A stretch of 64,000 nucleotides of DNA from Botryllus schlosseri. Taxonomy: Eukaryota. Numbering within the stretch: the stretch's first letter is position 1; each line of letters begins with the position of its first letter. The position numbers and the translations under genes were made by a program. The stretch is taken from assembly GCA_051294905.1 (NCBI GenBank), contig CM119374.1:16120001-16184000 (forward strand), in the 5' to 3' direction. Shown here piece by piece: positions 13,928 to 26,155 of the stretch. A model generated the notes under the pieces. It did no database searches, was not told the origin of the DNA, and worked only from the letters and a program-made list of their open reading frames with translations.

Positions 13928-15834
13928 GCTATAGCCGTTCGGACATTGATCTATCTAACTTTTAGTAGAAAATGGCTAGCCACTATATCCTCCAGCAACC
14001 TCTGGGCATAAAGGCATAGCATATTGGACGGATATATTACATCGAATGCGGCCACAAATAATACATCAGCAGATGCTAGCCTATTCAAACTTTAACCATC
14101 AGGCACTTCACGCAATACCGCAATCGGTTACAGCCAATGCAAGACTAAGGAATACTAAATGCAAGCAATACATGCACTTCCTCTTTCCCCGCAGCATACT
14201 ACACTGCTATTGACATGAACCAGGGCGGGTAGGCTACATAATACATATACATTTCGCTGTCGTCATAAAAGTGACTGATGACGTTGTGATACTTACACAG
14301 TTGTCATCAGAAATTAAATGCATGAAGCATGTGAGGATGAGGAGATATGCTCGACCATCACGTCACAAGTCTGTTATGACACGGAAACCATACGATTACT
14401 GTGATTGCCTTATGATGATCCGGGTATATAAAGAATGTAACGTGTCGTTGCATTGAGAACAGAAGCACAAGAGAGTATGAGTATACTGTCCTATAGGACA
14501 CTATGGTATGAGTAGTTCACACTTATTGCGCATGGATGCCTTGACTGCCTTCCCATTGAAACCTATATCTATTCCATCTCCTATTATTCCGATGATCTCT
14601 CACTCCTGTTGTAGAAAGATCATTCCTACATTGCAGGAGTCGCGAACCTATGGCTCGCGAGACATATCTAACGTGATATATTTTGGCAATCATAAATACC
14701 ACCTAGAATCGAAATGACACAGGGAATGAAACATATGTTTTGGGTGTCATATAGATTGAAGTCCATGTAATATCTCGAAGGGTCATACACAGGGTTGCCA
14801 TCGACATGGGCCGAAAAATAAGGAGAGAAGAAAGGGTTTACCTTTATTCGGGGCCAAAACAGCACTTCGTCAGCCCCCAACCCCCACCCCCCACCCCCAA
14901 AAAAAAAAAGAAACGTTGGTCCTGGGCCCCCAATAGGGTGCTAGACCGAACTTCTTCACCTCGTCGTGATTAGAGTCGTAAACAAAGATGGAAAAGGCCG
15001 TACACCAAGTTAAGACAAAATCACATTTTGAGCGTATATGGAGCAAGAACTCCAGTAACAATGCTTGTAGTCTTGGTCCTGGCCGAAGCAAACTTCTTTG
15101 CGATGTTGGAATCGCGGGATATTGCTTCGTTCAATTGCGATGTCTAATCGTTCATGAGGAATGATTACTGGTGTTTGACCGTATGGTAGGCTATACCCAA
15201 GTAACCTCTGCAGCAGCTAGCTGCCTTGTAGTCTGTGGTCGTTGTCGAATAATTATTCATCGACTGGCTCAAATTATTCATTATGACACACGTCTTGTGT
15301 TTCGGGGAATCAATGTGAGTTAAAATAGTGTTCTTTCATATGATTTCCAGGTTAATATCACAATTGAAGTTATTGCAATGTGTGAAACACTCACCCCTCC
15401 TTTGAATTCTCCTTTGAATTCACTCTAATAATTGTCTCGAAAAACGTATTTACGCCTGCTCATTTCAAATAATCGGATTTAGCCTTACCAGTAGCCAAAA
15501 CTATATGTGCAAGTGCAATATAATTTAGATAAATTTATCTATGATGTGTAGCGTTACTGCTTTTAAAATAAGACACAATAAGAACGCAAGTCGAAAACAA
15601 GGACATTTCATAGAAATGAGGACAGTTAGTTTTCTAAGTCGTGGCCCATCAAAATAAGGACAAATCTCAGAAATAAGAACGGCATGGCAACCCTGGTTAT
15701 ACGGGAAATGAGAATCCGACAAAGGTGATGTGTGTTTGGTGTGAGGTATCGAGAGGAACCAATACGTGTTTTATATATGCATGTTATCAGACTTGTTCAA
15801 ACTAAACATTTAGTTAGCTGACGGTCAACTAACT

Positions 15835-15965
15835 AACAGTTTTTTGAGTAGTTCTAGTTTTAGTTGTAGTTGCGGATTTTGAAAATTTCGTAGTTCTAGT
15901 TCTAGTTGTAGTCGCAGATTTTGAAAATTCAGTAGTTCTAGTTCTAGTTTTAGTTGCGCATTTCC
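15835..15965. repeat. ~42-bp unit repeat (GTTCTAGTT...TTGAAAAT), about 3 units
   Basis: Visible tandem units, related to 17350-17535. Confidence 0.7.
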
Positions 15966-16258
15966 AAAAAATATTAGTTGCTGAACAACTAGAAACACTC
16001 GTGTGTCCTGCGTGATGAGAACTCTCCTCGCGTGACAAGTGAGGTTACTTAGGGTTACTGATGTGATCATGACCAAGGATCAAATGCTCATTGTTTGATC
16101 ATAGTTAATACATTGATTATGCCGAGTTCACTGATATCTCGGCTCAGTTACAATAATCGACAGTGCGCAGGGACACGCGATCTCCCGCTGGGTTGTTTAC
16201 TAATTGGAATGTGAACTAGTGATCTCCTGCTGTGCGCTGGCGAGTATAATCTCGGAAC

Positions 16259-17044
16259 TAGGGCTGGGCACAATGAATCGAGTACTCGAATCAGAATCGA
16301 GTATTAATTTCGATGATTCGAGTCGAGTAGTAAACGGCGATTTTTTCGAGTACTGAAATTATACGCTCCTCGCCACTTTAAGTTAATTTACCAACAAGAA
16401 TTATAGTTTTGATACTATTTTCCACAGAGGAAGCCTTGAAACCTTGATCGACTGTGTCGCAGCATACGAGACATAGTACAAAGCTACGAATGTTACTGGA
16501 AATAACACATTTCCGAAGTCATGATCATCCCACAAGAGAGAGAGAGAGAGAGAGAGAGGGAGATGATATTCTTTTTCGCCTGCACCATCGAGATGCTTTG
16601 ACGACAGAGTTGCGATACGGCCCAATGAGGTCATCTAGTCAGCGCCCCCGTTTTTTTTTCTCCTCCATGCTATCCGTGATTGCTGAGCGCCTAGCAGGAT
16701 AGCTGCGGATACCAATTTTCGAGTCTTTGGTATGACCCGACCGGGGATCGAACCCACGACCTACCGCTCGAGAAGCCGGACGCTTAACCATTACACTATC
16801 CCACAACATTGTCAAGATGTGCAAGGAAATCGGTATGGTCGAAAAAATACCAAAGTACCTTTAATGTAACGGATAACAGGCATTATGTTCTTTGTGGTGG
16901 CATAAAAGGCACATATTTGAACTTTGCCATATCGCATTCCGTTGTGACATCATAATGAGTGATACTCGAATACTCGACTCGACTCGAAGCGTAATACGTG
17001 ATTCAGAATCGAATCACTCAGGTACTCGATTTTGCCCAACCCTA
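16259..17044. mobile_element. hAT-type MITE, TAGGGCTGGGCA family, carrying a SINE insertion
   Basis: TIR TAGGGCTGGGCA...TGCCCAACCCTA. Exact TSD CTCGGAAC. Confidence 0.92.
16536..16797 (-). mobile_element. tRNA-derived SINE (family B) with (CT)n tail
   Basis: Minus strand: A box TAGTGTAATGG, B box GGGTTCGATCCC, (CT)n tail. TSD ATCCCACAA at 16527-16535 and 16798-16806. The paralogous MITE at 9792 has the empty site. Confidence 0.9.
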
Positions 17045-17349
17045 CTCGGAACTAAGAGGGCTTTCTCGGATGCTGGAATTTTGTATTCCTCAAAGAGGGC
17101 AAAACTCAGCGAAAAAACATTTTCGCGACTCATGTTGATTCGCTGTAATCAGCAACAGCTGCAGAAAATGGTTTAGTTTATCCTGTACTGATTACAGATA
17201 GTTCTGTCTGTCTGATTTTTCGGTAATTTCGTTGTACCGACGTTCGTGTGGAAAGGCTGGAACGCCGAATTCGAATAAAATAAAAATGAATGACTTGATT
17301 GAGAATTAAATTTAGTTAGTTGTGCTTTAGTTAGTTAGTTGCCGATAAT

Positions 17350-17535
17350 TAAATTTCGTTAGTTCTAGTTATAGTTCTAGTTGCGAGTTTTGAAAATTGA
17401 GTAGTTCTAGTTATAGTTCTAGTTGCGGAATTTGAAAATTTGGTAGTTCTAGTTATAGTTATAGTTGCGAGTCTTAAAAATTGAATAGTTCTAGTTCTAG
17501 TTATAGTTGCGCTTTTTGAAAATTCAGTAGTTTGT
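17350..17535. repeat. ~42-bp minisatellite (GTTCTAGTTATAGTT...TTGAAAATT), about 4-5 units
   Basis: Visible tandem units. Confidence 0.75.
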
Positions 17536-19076
17536 ACAAGTTTGCATGTTATACAACGTGAAATATAAATTCTATCATACTCATTCGACATTACGTTTGG
17601 AACGAATAAATGAATCTACAAGTCTTCAGAGACAGAAACAAACCCCGTTGTCTGTGTGACCGGACAAACTCCGTTGTACTTCAGTCAAAGCCGTTCATTG
17701 CCGTTGGACGATGGTCCGTCAAAAAGGGAAGATATACGCAGCGAATCCTACAAGTAACCTTATGGAGTCAGATTACACAAGTTTAACATCACACCAACAT
17801 CTACCCTGCGAACCACCTGCGGCTCTTTTGATGATATGATATAACTGTTTGTTAAATACATAAGTTGCCACTAAATTCGAATCTTATTTATCATTTTGCA
17901 GAATATATATTGTAAATTTTCATGACGATAGGAATAATTATTTTTGCAGTAGGTGAGATTAGTCTTTGTAGGGTCAAAAAGTGGCATGTGCAGGGGGTTT
18001 TAGGGGCTCGGACCCGCCCTTATCAGAATCTTTAAATTTACGTCCGATATTGCCGGCTGAAAATTGCTCATTTACCAGTCCAATATCATATTTTTTTAGT
18101 TCTAAAAGAGTGAAATCATCTGCAATTTTTCCGTGTATTCATGGGAGCAATCGAATCCGTCGAGCTCGATACAAATAAATCTTAGTTGCAAAATCATAGT
18201 TGCTATCGCGCAGGCAACCCTGCAAGTTATAATTCGTTCAATCCAACATCACACGCCTTGAAATGATGCGTTGAGAAATGAAAACACGACAGAAAAAAAA
18301 TAACAATGCAGTTTTCAAATTGACATCGTCTTCCTGATCATCGGCGAGAAAAGGACTGCCTTGGAAATGACATTCCCAATTACAATTTCAGCTTTATAAT
18401 ATTATCACTCAAAATTGCGAATGCTACGTATAGCTTGCTCGCAAGGGCGTTATGATGTACGGGTAGCGCAACGTTACATTTCCGCCAACAAATATCGGTT
18501 AACGATGGTATCCGCCGCTGAAAACATTACCCGGCTTGAAGCAACTGATTGAACAGGGCATCACTGTCAGTAGAACTATTGAGGTATGGCAACCCTCAGG
18601 CGCGCTGCACGGCTTCCTTGTAAAGTCATGTTAATGGAGAATATGCGGTAATTAGCAGGTTTACTGTCATATATGATTGTTGGCTTTGCTTTTAAAATGC
18701 TCATCTTAATTACCGTAAGTTTCAAAACTCACAACATGGCTTTACCGCAGTGGTGGACTGGTGGGCACTTGTATTTTGCGGCGGGTCAAATACGAAGCAG
18801 AAAATGTGTTGGCGGGCCGAGAGGAAGGAGTGCAGTTCTCCTTCTAAACTGAAAACAGTGAACTACAATGTTAAAAGTTCAGAGGTGGTCAAAGTAGTCA
18901 AGTAAGCTAGTCAATTAGAAGTAGAAGTGAAGGCTCAAAAATCCACTCAAGTACGAAACTGTTCCTTTAAAAAAAAAACTAAAACTACTTGAAGTAGTAG
19001 TAGATTTGACTGACCTAAAATCTACTCAAGTAAGTATAAGTAGATGTGAAAACGATCGTAATTCGTTCGCATAGAC

Positions 19077-21272
19077 CAGTGGACCTTGATCTTTTTTCCT
19101 CCAGCGCCCCCTTTCATAATTTATCGTGCTCCAGCGCCCCCACCTCATATTTTAAGGACTGTAATAAAGACAATGGGTGAGAGGGAGGGCCATAACAGCA
19201 CTTCGTTAGCCCCCCTAAAAAACGATTGTCTTGGGCTTCCATAGCGTGACAAATCAAACTCATGAGGACTTGGCCCCCCAAGAACTCCGTCGCGTGATGT
19301 CGATGGTCAGCAAAGTTTATGTAACCTGGTCGCCCTAGTATAGCCAAAATTTTCTATAATGCGTTAATGAAATAGGTTGTAATTACATATATATGTCACT
19401 ATAAACTTTTTATCCTCTATCTAAACCCACGTAATCAGATTTACCAATAGCGCTGAGTGAGCTGTTGTATTAGAAAATGAATGTCACGTAATTAATAATT
19501 GAACATATTCGGGCGTGCCCGTTGGTACAATTAAATCGTTACATGTTATTTTGTTACCTCTTGTCCGCTATATAGTCAAAAGTTATTGAAACGCATACAT
19601 GTATAAAACTTTGAAACGCATAAATGTATAAAACTAAAGTGAGCACACGATTCAAAATTGGTATTTCGTCACTGGCAAATAATTTTCTCTGTTGGATGTT
19701 ATTTGTCCTGTGGGGTGCAGATTGCGACGACATGATGAATCGGCACGAGCGATTTAAGTACCTATGGACAATTAGACTTATATAGGTTCCATGTGGTACA
19801 GAATATGAATATTGCAACGAACAATACATTTATATTCGCGAATTATTCACTCTAAGCTTTTCAATTCCCGATGAGTGTCAGTTGAAAAGCGTAGAGTGAA
19901 TAAATTGCGAATATGAATGTGTTGTTGGTTGCAAAATCAGACTTATATTAATCGAAGTTTACGCTCAACATAAGGAAAATCCTATTTGGCTAAGATTTCC
20001 TCGCTAACGATCTTTTTGACACACTTCTCGGGGTCCCATATTCACCGGAACTTCATATGTCTTCGTGCATCGTGGCGTGATAATGGCCGACGCAGAAATG
20101 CCTTTTTCTGTTTTCTATAATTGTGCGTATTCTTCCGTGGGGGAGTCGTAAAAAACATGATGTTTAATTTATGTTCATTCACCAAAATAATTTAGGGCAC
20201 CCTTCGAGCTAACCGATTGAGGGTTTGGGTTGAAGCAGTTTCGGTCTTGGTAAGAGGTCAAAGTTCAGTCGGTCTTTTTGGGACTTTGGTATTGGAAATA
20301 TTTCGCGCTTTATTCGCGCTCGAGGACCATTTGACTAATAATAAACCATATAGTAATTGTGTGTAGTGTATTCAGGGTCAAATCAAGGTTGTTATATCAA
20401 CAATCGGGTACGGTCTCACGCCCTGTGTTTCGATTTTCGAACCCTGGCGAATTCACATCGGCGATTGGCAATACGGGGAAATTAATGGTATTGGATTTTG
20501 TCTCAGTGATTTGTCTAACTATAAGTAAGTCAACTGAGAATTGGATGCATCTATCTGCTCATATTGAATTTAGTACTGTACCCAGTTATTAATTTCAACA
20601 TGAATGTATTTTATACAAAGCAACTCATATTATATATAACGTTCATGTGTGGTTGTGAACCACAACACGAGATAGTATTATCCTTTATGTTACGATGAAG
20701 AAATATTCTGACGATTTAATTGTGTAGCTCTCAAATACAAGTATATTTAGGTATTCATTTCGTGCAAAAAGCTTCAAAACTTATTTTATGTACAAGGGGC
20801 TTTCATTCTCAATCAAAAGTGATATACAGTGTCTCCTTCTTCGATTTTCACACGCTGTGCGCTGCGGGATATCATACCCAATTCGAAACATTTTGTTGAA
20901 AATAACCCTAGCAAGCGTGACGGCATAGTGTTTTAAATAACGGTAATAGGTGATCTAAAAGTACGCACAATTCGCTCTATATGAATTATAATAACCGACT
21001 ACATTTATGTAAACATGAAGCAAACATCGTCGCGAGGCGCGACCAAAAATTTCAAGATTTGACATGTTTTGTGGAATGTCAATTTGTTCTGAATACTCAT
21101 TTAAGAATATGTCCTTCTACCACATCATCTACGGCGAAGCCATTTTTCTTCAGCGCCCCCTCATTGCTCTCCTGAGCCGAGCGCCCCCATATCGCCCCCT
21201 GACTGTTTCCACCCCCTTCAAAATCGTCAGCGCACCCTGAGGGGGCGCTGCAGGCAAGGTTACGAACCACAG
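19077..21272. mobile_element. hAT-type non-autonomous element (CGCCCCC-repeat family related to 1393-1784) with a long internal region
   Basis: Degenerate TIR CAGTGG...CCACAG. Exact TSD GCATAGAC. Absent at the homologous position of the 38458 copy. Confidence 0.8.
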
Positions 21273-22103
21273 GCATAGACTATCAAAAGCTGCAAATTGA
21301 GCTATGCGAAAGGTATAAAATCATGCATCCCAGAAGGTATTCCTTTTCGACAGCATAACATTTGTCCGTATCATGTGATGAAAATGATAGCATTAATATG
21401 GGAATGCGATACCAATCTCTCGTTTTCTCGAAGACTCCGTTTTAGAAAATATCATGGTATGTCGCCGCCCCCCATATCATAAGGTCCTTAGTTTCGTGGA
21501 AGAGCTACACGGAGAAGTAGTGTCGGATACGGCGTTAACAATTTGCGCAATTAGTAAACGTTAATAATGCCATAAAAATGCCGTAAAAATGCCATTAAGT
21601 GTAGCTTTATTTTCGGAAAATAGAGGCATTACTTCAATTGCTTTTAAACTTCAAAATATGTTCTCCAGATAAAAGAACTGAAACTAGTTAGAACTCGGAG
21701 TGTGATACTGGGAATTGAAAGAGAAACATAAATACTACTTCTAAAATCAGAAAATAGATTCCATGTCTTTTGTCCAGAGAGTCTACTAAAACAGGTGTAA
21801 AGAAGAAAAATTAGGAGTTCACTTTTTCAGATTAGGATACGCAATGGGCTGCTAGATTAGGATATGATAGGTAGGCTAATTGCTAGATTGCGAAATGGTA
21901 ATTTCAGACGCTATGATGGGTCATATTTACTGTGCTGAAATATTTCATTTATGGGCGACAATGTGGTGAAAACGGAACCACGAAGCCCGCTACCTAAATT
22001 ATATTCACCGTTACGTTCGTGAAATCACATTAGTCTACTGTGCGGGTATAGCGAGTCTAAACGTCTGGGCTTTACTCAACTTTTATGAAAATACAATGTT
22101 GAT

Positions 22104-24747
22104 TAGGGGTGTTCAAAATTTGGAAAATGTTTGGAATACTGCGTATCCATGGATAATTCTGTAGATTATTGGTAAAAAACAATATTGGGCCTGAAAGAAG
22201 CTCACAGGAAAGCCGCTAAGATTTGTCTAAATGCGTTTGGTTGAAGACGGTAATAATAAGCGATCGATTGGCTGAAAGACCGACTTTGTGAACACTGCTG
22301 GTAACGATTTCTGTCTGCTGTTGTGCAATCGTTTCTGTTGGTAGCACTGCAGACATGATATATTGCTTTTGTTATGTTGTCATCGAGAGTCTATAGTACA
22401 ATATTGCAACCCCCCTCAAGTTATTACCTACCTGAAAAACGTGTATAACAGTGTTGCTATTCATTGCACATGTGCTCTCGCTAGTTGAGATATGAATAAA
22501 GAAGTTGCATGCATCTTACTACTGTTATGTTCGTGCATTTACGTTCAGTGTTGTTTCACTCCTAATTTCTACAGGACTAGTAATTACCGCCAATCATTAT
22601 TTCCTCGTGTGTCGTGCTTTGTATTTATACCCTGTGTTCTGTTGTCTCGTAGTCTTTCATTTAACTGCACTCTGGATCGCGTCGCCTGTCATAACGTTAT
22701 TCTGCTGTTTAATATACTGATTTCATATTGCAACCTCGTCGCATTGAGTTATTGTTCAAACAAGATCAAGAACATAACAACTACCTTCGACCTTTCGACC
22801 TTTCCAAAACTTACTGACAGTGAGTGAAACTAAAAAATTTCCCACCAGTAGTCAGCATCTCAGTAGCAATTGTTATGACTAGTCGACGTCTCACCCGTAA
22901 ACGAACTCTTATTACACTTTTTATTCACAATTGAATGAATGCAAAAAGCACTATTTACAAAAGGCATAAAAAAGTACGTTGCAGGATCAGTGTTGCATTG
23001 TCATGCACAAGTTGCAGACTACAGGAATTAGATTAAAGTTGACTTCCTGCTGTCTCCAACTGTCTTCCTATGTTGTTACACGGCGTGAAGCAGACTGTCT
23101 CTTTGTTTTTCATTTGTCAGTCAAGATTGCAGCATAGTCTGTGCTTAGCTTTACACCTCGTTCTGTGGCATCATTAAAGACTTTGACAGAACTGATGTAG
23201 GAGCTCATTCTGGTGTAGGATTCTGATAAGTGCCAAACATCAACCGGTTGAGTTAGCCATGCCCCAGAGCATTCAAAAACATCAAATATGTACCACAACT
23301 GTGGCCCAATAAAATCAGACAAAGTAGTGTCCTTGTTGATCTGTACAGTGGCATCTAACGAGGGCTGGCCCCTTCTGAAACTTGAAGTTCGCTCTACCTG
23401 CAGAAGCGTCTTTGCAGTATTTTCTCGGGTTTCATTGCTTTCACTCGGTGAAAGCAAGGGATATACAGCGGTTTACTCCGCGATATACCAGTAATGCGGC
23501 AAAAGCTTTTGTGGAGCAGCTTTGGAAACTTGTTCATCATTTTTCTTGTAAGTTGTAACTCAACATGTCCTGGATGAATCTCAAATCAATACCAGCTGCA
23601 TCATAATCGATGCAGGGATATTAAAGAGAATTCAAAATAAATTGAAGCGATGCAGTAGTTCCACTTCCTCAGATTTGTAATGTAACTGATAAGTCCACAT
23701 GAACATCTTCTGAGCATACAGAATTGTGCCCATCCATCTTGCATGGTGTATTGCACCAGGTTCGGGATGATGTATATGTTCACCTGCATCGAGAAGAGCA
23801 AGAGCATTAGTCACACATTGTCTGTAGTCATCCCGTGTGAAGAAATGTTTTCTGGTCACTGGTCAGTAGTAGCTTGAAGTTATCAACTGTCATTGCTGCT
23901 CATTCCTTAAAACATATAGGAATAGTCATAGTCTTGAATTGGTGTTTTCTGTCAAGACTGCTTAAGGTCTTCTTAAGGTGGGCATACCATGTGAACACGC
24001 CATCTTTCGTGCAGGTTTTGAAGTGATCGCACCACACGTGATTTCTGCATTGTCGCAATTCTCGCCATTCTCCACATTGTCATTACATCATCCACCACCA
24101 CATTACATAGTTCATGAGTAGAGGTTTACTGTGGACAATGCTCTTCTAGATGCAGAAAGTAACTCATTACTTCTCGTATAGTAGGTAATCTCGAGCCACA
24201 GATGTAATCGCAAGTATGTCCGACCAAGTACTGCTCCGATTAAGATCGTTCTTCGCTGCGGCATGTGTACACTCTTTCGCCGTTTTGCCTCTGCCATGAC
24301 TGCAATATTGTTGCTCCAAGTCATAAACCTCTGATATCGACTCTAAAGCATCCAAAGAACACGTGTAACAGTACTACTAACGACTCATCAACCCACAACG
24401 CGCCTGTACAGAACCACAGCCGCTACTAACAGACTCGACCTCAGCAAAACAGTCTTTCAATTTAGTAAAGCAAAGCACCGGAATCCTAGTCAGCTGTTGC
24501 AGTAATCATTGTAGCATAGCCGATTACCCAACCGAGAGCCGTGCTTTCGTGATTACCCGACTTTTCGCTACTCTGCTGTCGGTGGCCCGCCCACTCTTCA
24601 ACAACAACTTTCAAACGCATTTAGACAAATCTTACCGACTTTCCTGCGAGCTTCTTCCAGGCCCATTATTGTTTTTCAACAATAATCTACAGAATAAGCC
24701 ATGGATACGCAGTATTCCAAACATTTTCCAAATTTTGAACAACCCTA
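22104..24747 (-). mobile_element. hAT-superfamily transposon relic with ~135-bp TIRs
   Basis: Ends TAGGG(G/T)TGTTCAAAATTTGGAAAATGTTTGG. Exact TSD ATGTTGAT. Empty site at ~41085 in the paralogous host element. Confidence 0.9.
23110..24360 (-). pseudogene. Fragmented transposase of the PGAIHHARWM / KVFNDATERGVKL family
   Basis: ORF fragments 23632-23859 and 23110-23457 carry motifs typical of a widespread invertebrate transposase-derived family, with frameshifts between them. Confidence 0.75.
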
Positions 24748-25469
24748 ATGTTGATACTCCGTGAAAACAGCCCCCAAATTCCTCAGGCTATCTTTCTGAT
24801 TGGAGGATTAAACTACTTCTACTTGACAAACTGAAAATAGTGAAAAGTAAGTAAGTAGATCGCAGAATATTACAAAGTAGAAGTATAAGCAGAGGGACAT
24901 TAGATCTACTTGAGTACTTCGTTACTGAATGACCCTGGTTAACACATGCTGCTTCGTGGATGAGGTAATATTAGATTGCGTCCCGAGCTCAATAAAATAG
25001 TCTTGCTGTTTTGCTAGCGTCGCTAGCATGTCTTCCGCATACGCCCGGTGAATTTATTTCACAACATGATTTTTCTCATTATGCCGACTCATACTATAAT
25101 CCATACACACGGGGAACTGCTTGGTGCTCATCATAAACTGAAAAGACGGGTTTACGGCTGACTTCAATAAACAAATATATAGTGCTCCAAATCTTGTTGA
25201 AATGCCGGCCTTCCGCCGCACTTCTCCATTGCTTGACATGTCATCGCTTGTGAGCGAGGATGACCGCTAATCACGTTCACTGATTGTAGTATTATAGGAA
25301 ATATTATTTTCAAATAATGACTTAACAGTTCAACGTACAATGAAGTAACAATGAATGTCAACGAACAAGATTTGAACTTCAACATGGAAACAGTGACTTG
25401 TAACATTATTGTTACGGCATACTTTGCTGTACTGCAGAGTTGGGCAACTAGATAATTTTCACCTTTCTC

Positions 25470-26155
25470 AAATTAGATTACAATTAAATTATAGCTACAA
25501 AGCATTTTCCAAATTTGACTAGAGTTAGTTATATAACTAAACATCAATTTCCAAATTAGATTGGAATCAGAATTATAGCTACAAGCATTTTCAAAATTAC
25601 ATTAGAATTAGAATTATACCTAAACAGCATTTTCCAAATTAGATTAGAATTAAAATCACAGCTACGAAACCGTATCCAAATTTTATTATAATTAGAATTA
25701 TAGCTACAATGGATTTTCCAAAGTAGACAAGAATTGGAATCATAGCTAACCAGCATTTTCCAAATTAGATTTAAACTAGAATTATAGCTACAACGCATTT
25801 TTCAAATTAGACTAGAACGAGATTTATAGTTAAACATCATTTTCCAAATTATATTAGAATTAGAATTTTAGCTACCAAGCATTTTCCAAATTAGATTATA
25901 AGTAGACTTATAGCTACAAAGCATTTTCTGAATTAGACGAGATTTAGAATTATAGCTTAACAGCATTTCCAAATTTGATTAGAATTAAAATTACAGCTAC
26001 GAAGCCTTTTCCCAATTAGATTGGAATTAGGATTATAGCTACAAAGCATTTTCCAAAGTAGACTAGAAATAGAATTAGAGCTAAACAGCGTTTTCCAAAT
26101 TAGATTAGAATTAGAATTAGAGCAAAGAAACATTTCACAAATTAGATTAGAATTA
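25470..26155. repeat. ~42-43-bp minisatellite, about 16 units (AAATTAGATTAGAATTAGAATTATAGCTACAAAGCATTTTCC)
   Basis: Regularly spaced TTTTCCAAA cores. Unit variants recur in blocks. Confidence 0.9.

Larger units (their letters stand above)
18880..24937. mobile_element. CAGAGGTGGTC/TACTCAAGTA-family non-autonomous DNA element (copy 1), host of two nested elements; right end approximate
   Basis: Colinear with 38458-41305 once the nested insertions are removed. TSD not clean. Confidence 0.75.

Noticed and set aside
14660-15150. Possible degenerate CTLD (CFGQDQDYKHCYWSS; DGNPVYDPSR)
   Set aside because: Needs several frameshifts, has no clean splice sites, and the similarity is not distinguishable from chance by eye.
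16735-16800. tRNA-like sequence with A and B boxes
   Set aside because: It is the head of a SINE (body, CT tail, TSD), with no acceptor stem or CCA, so not a tRNA gene.
25470-26155. Regularly spaced repeats as a CRISPR array
   Set aside because: Contiguous degenerate tandem units without unique spacers, eukaryotic context, and no cas genes.
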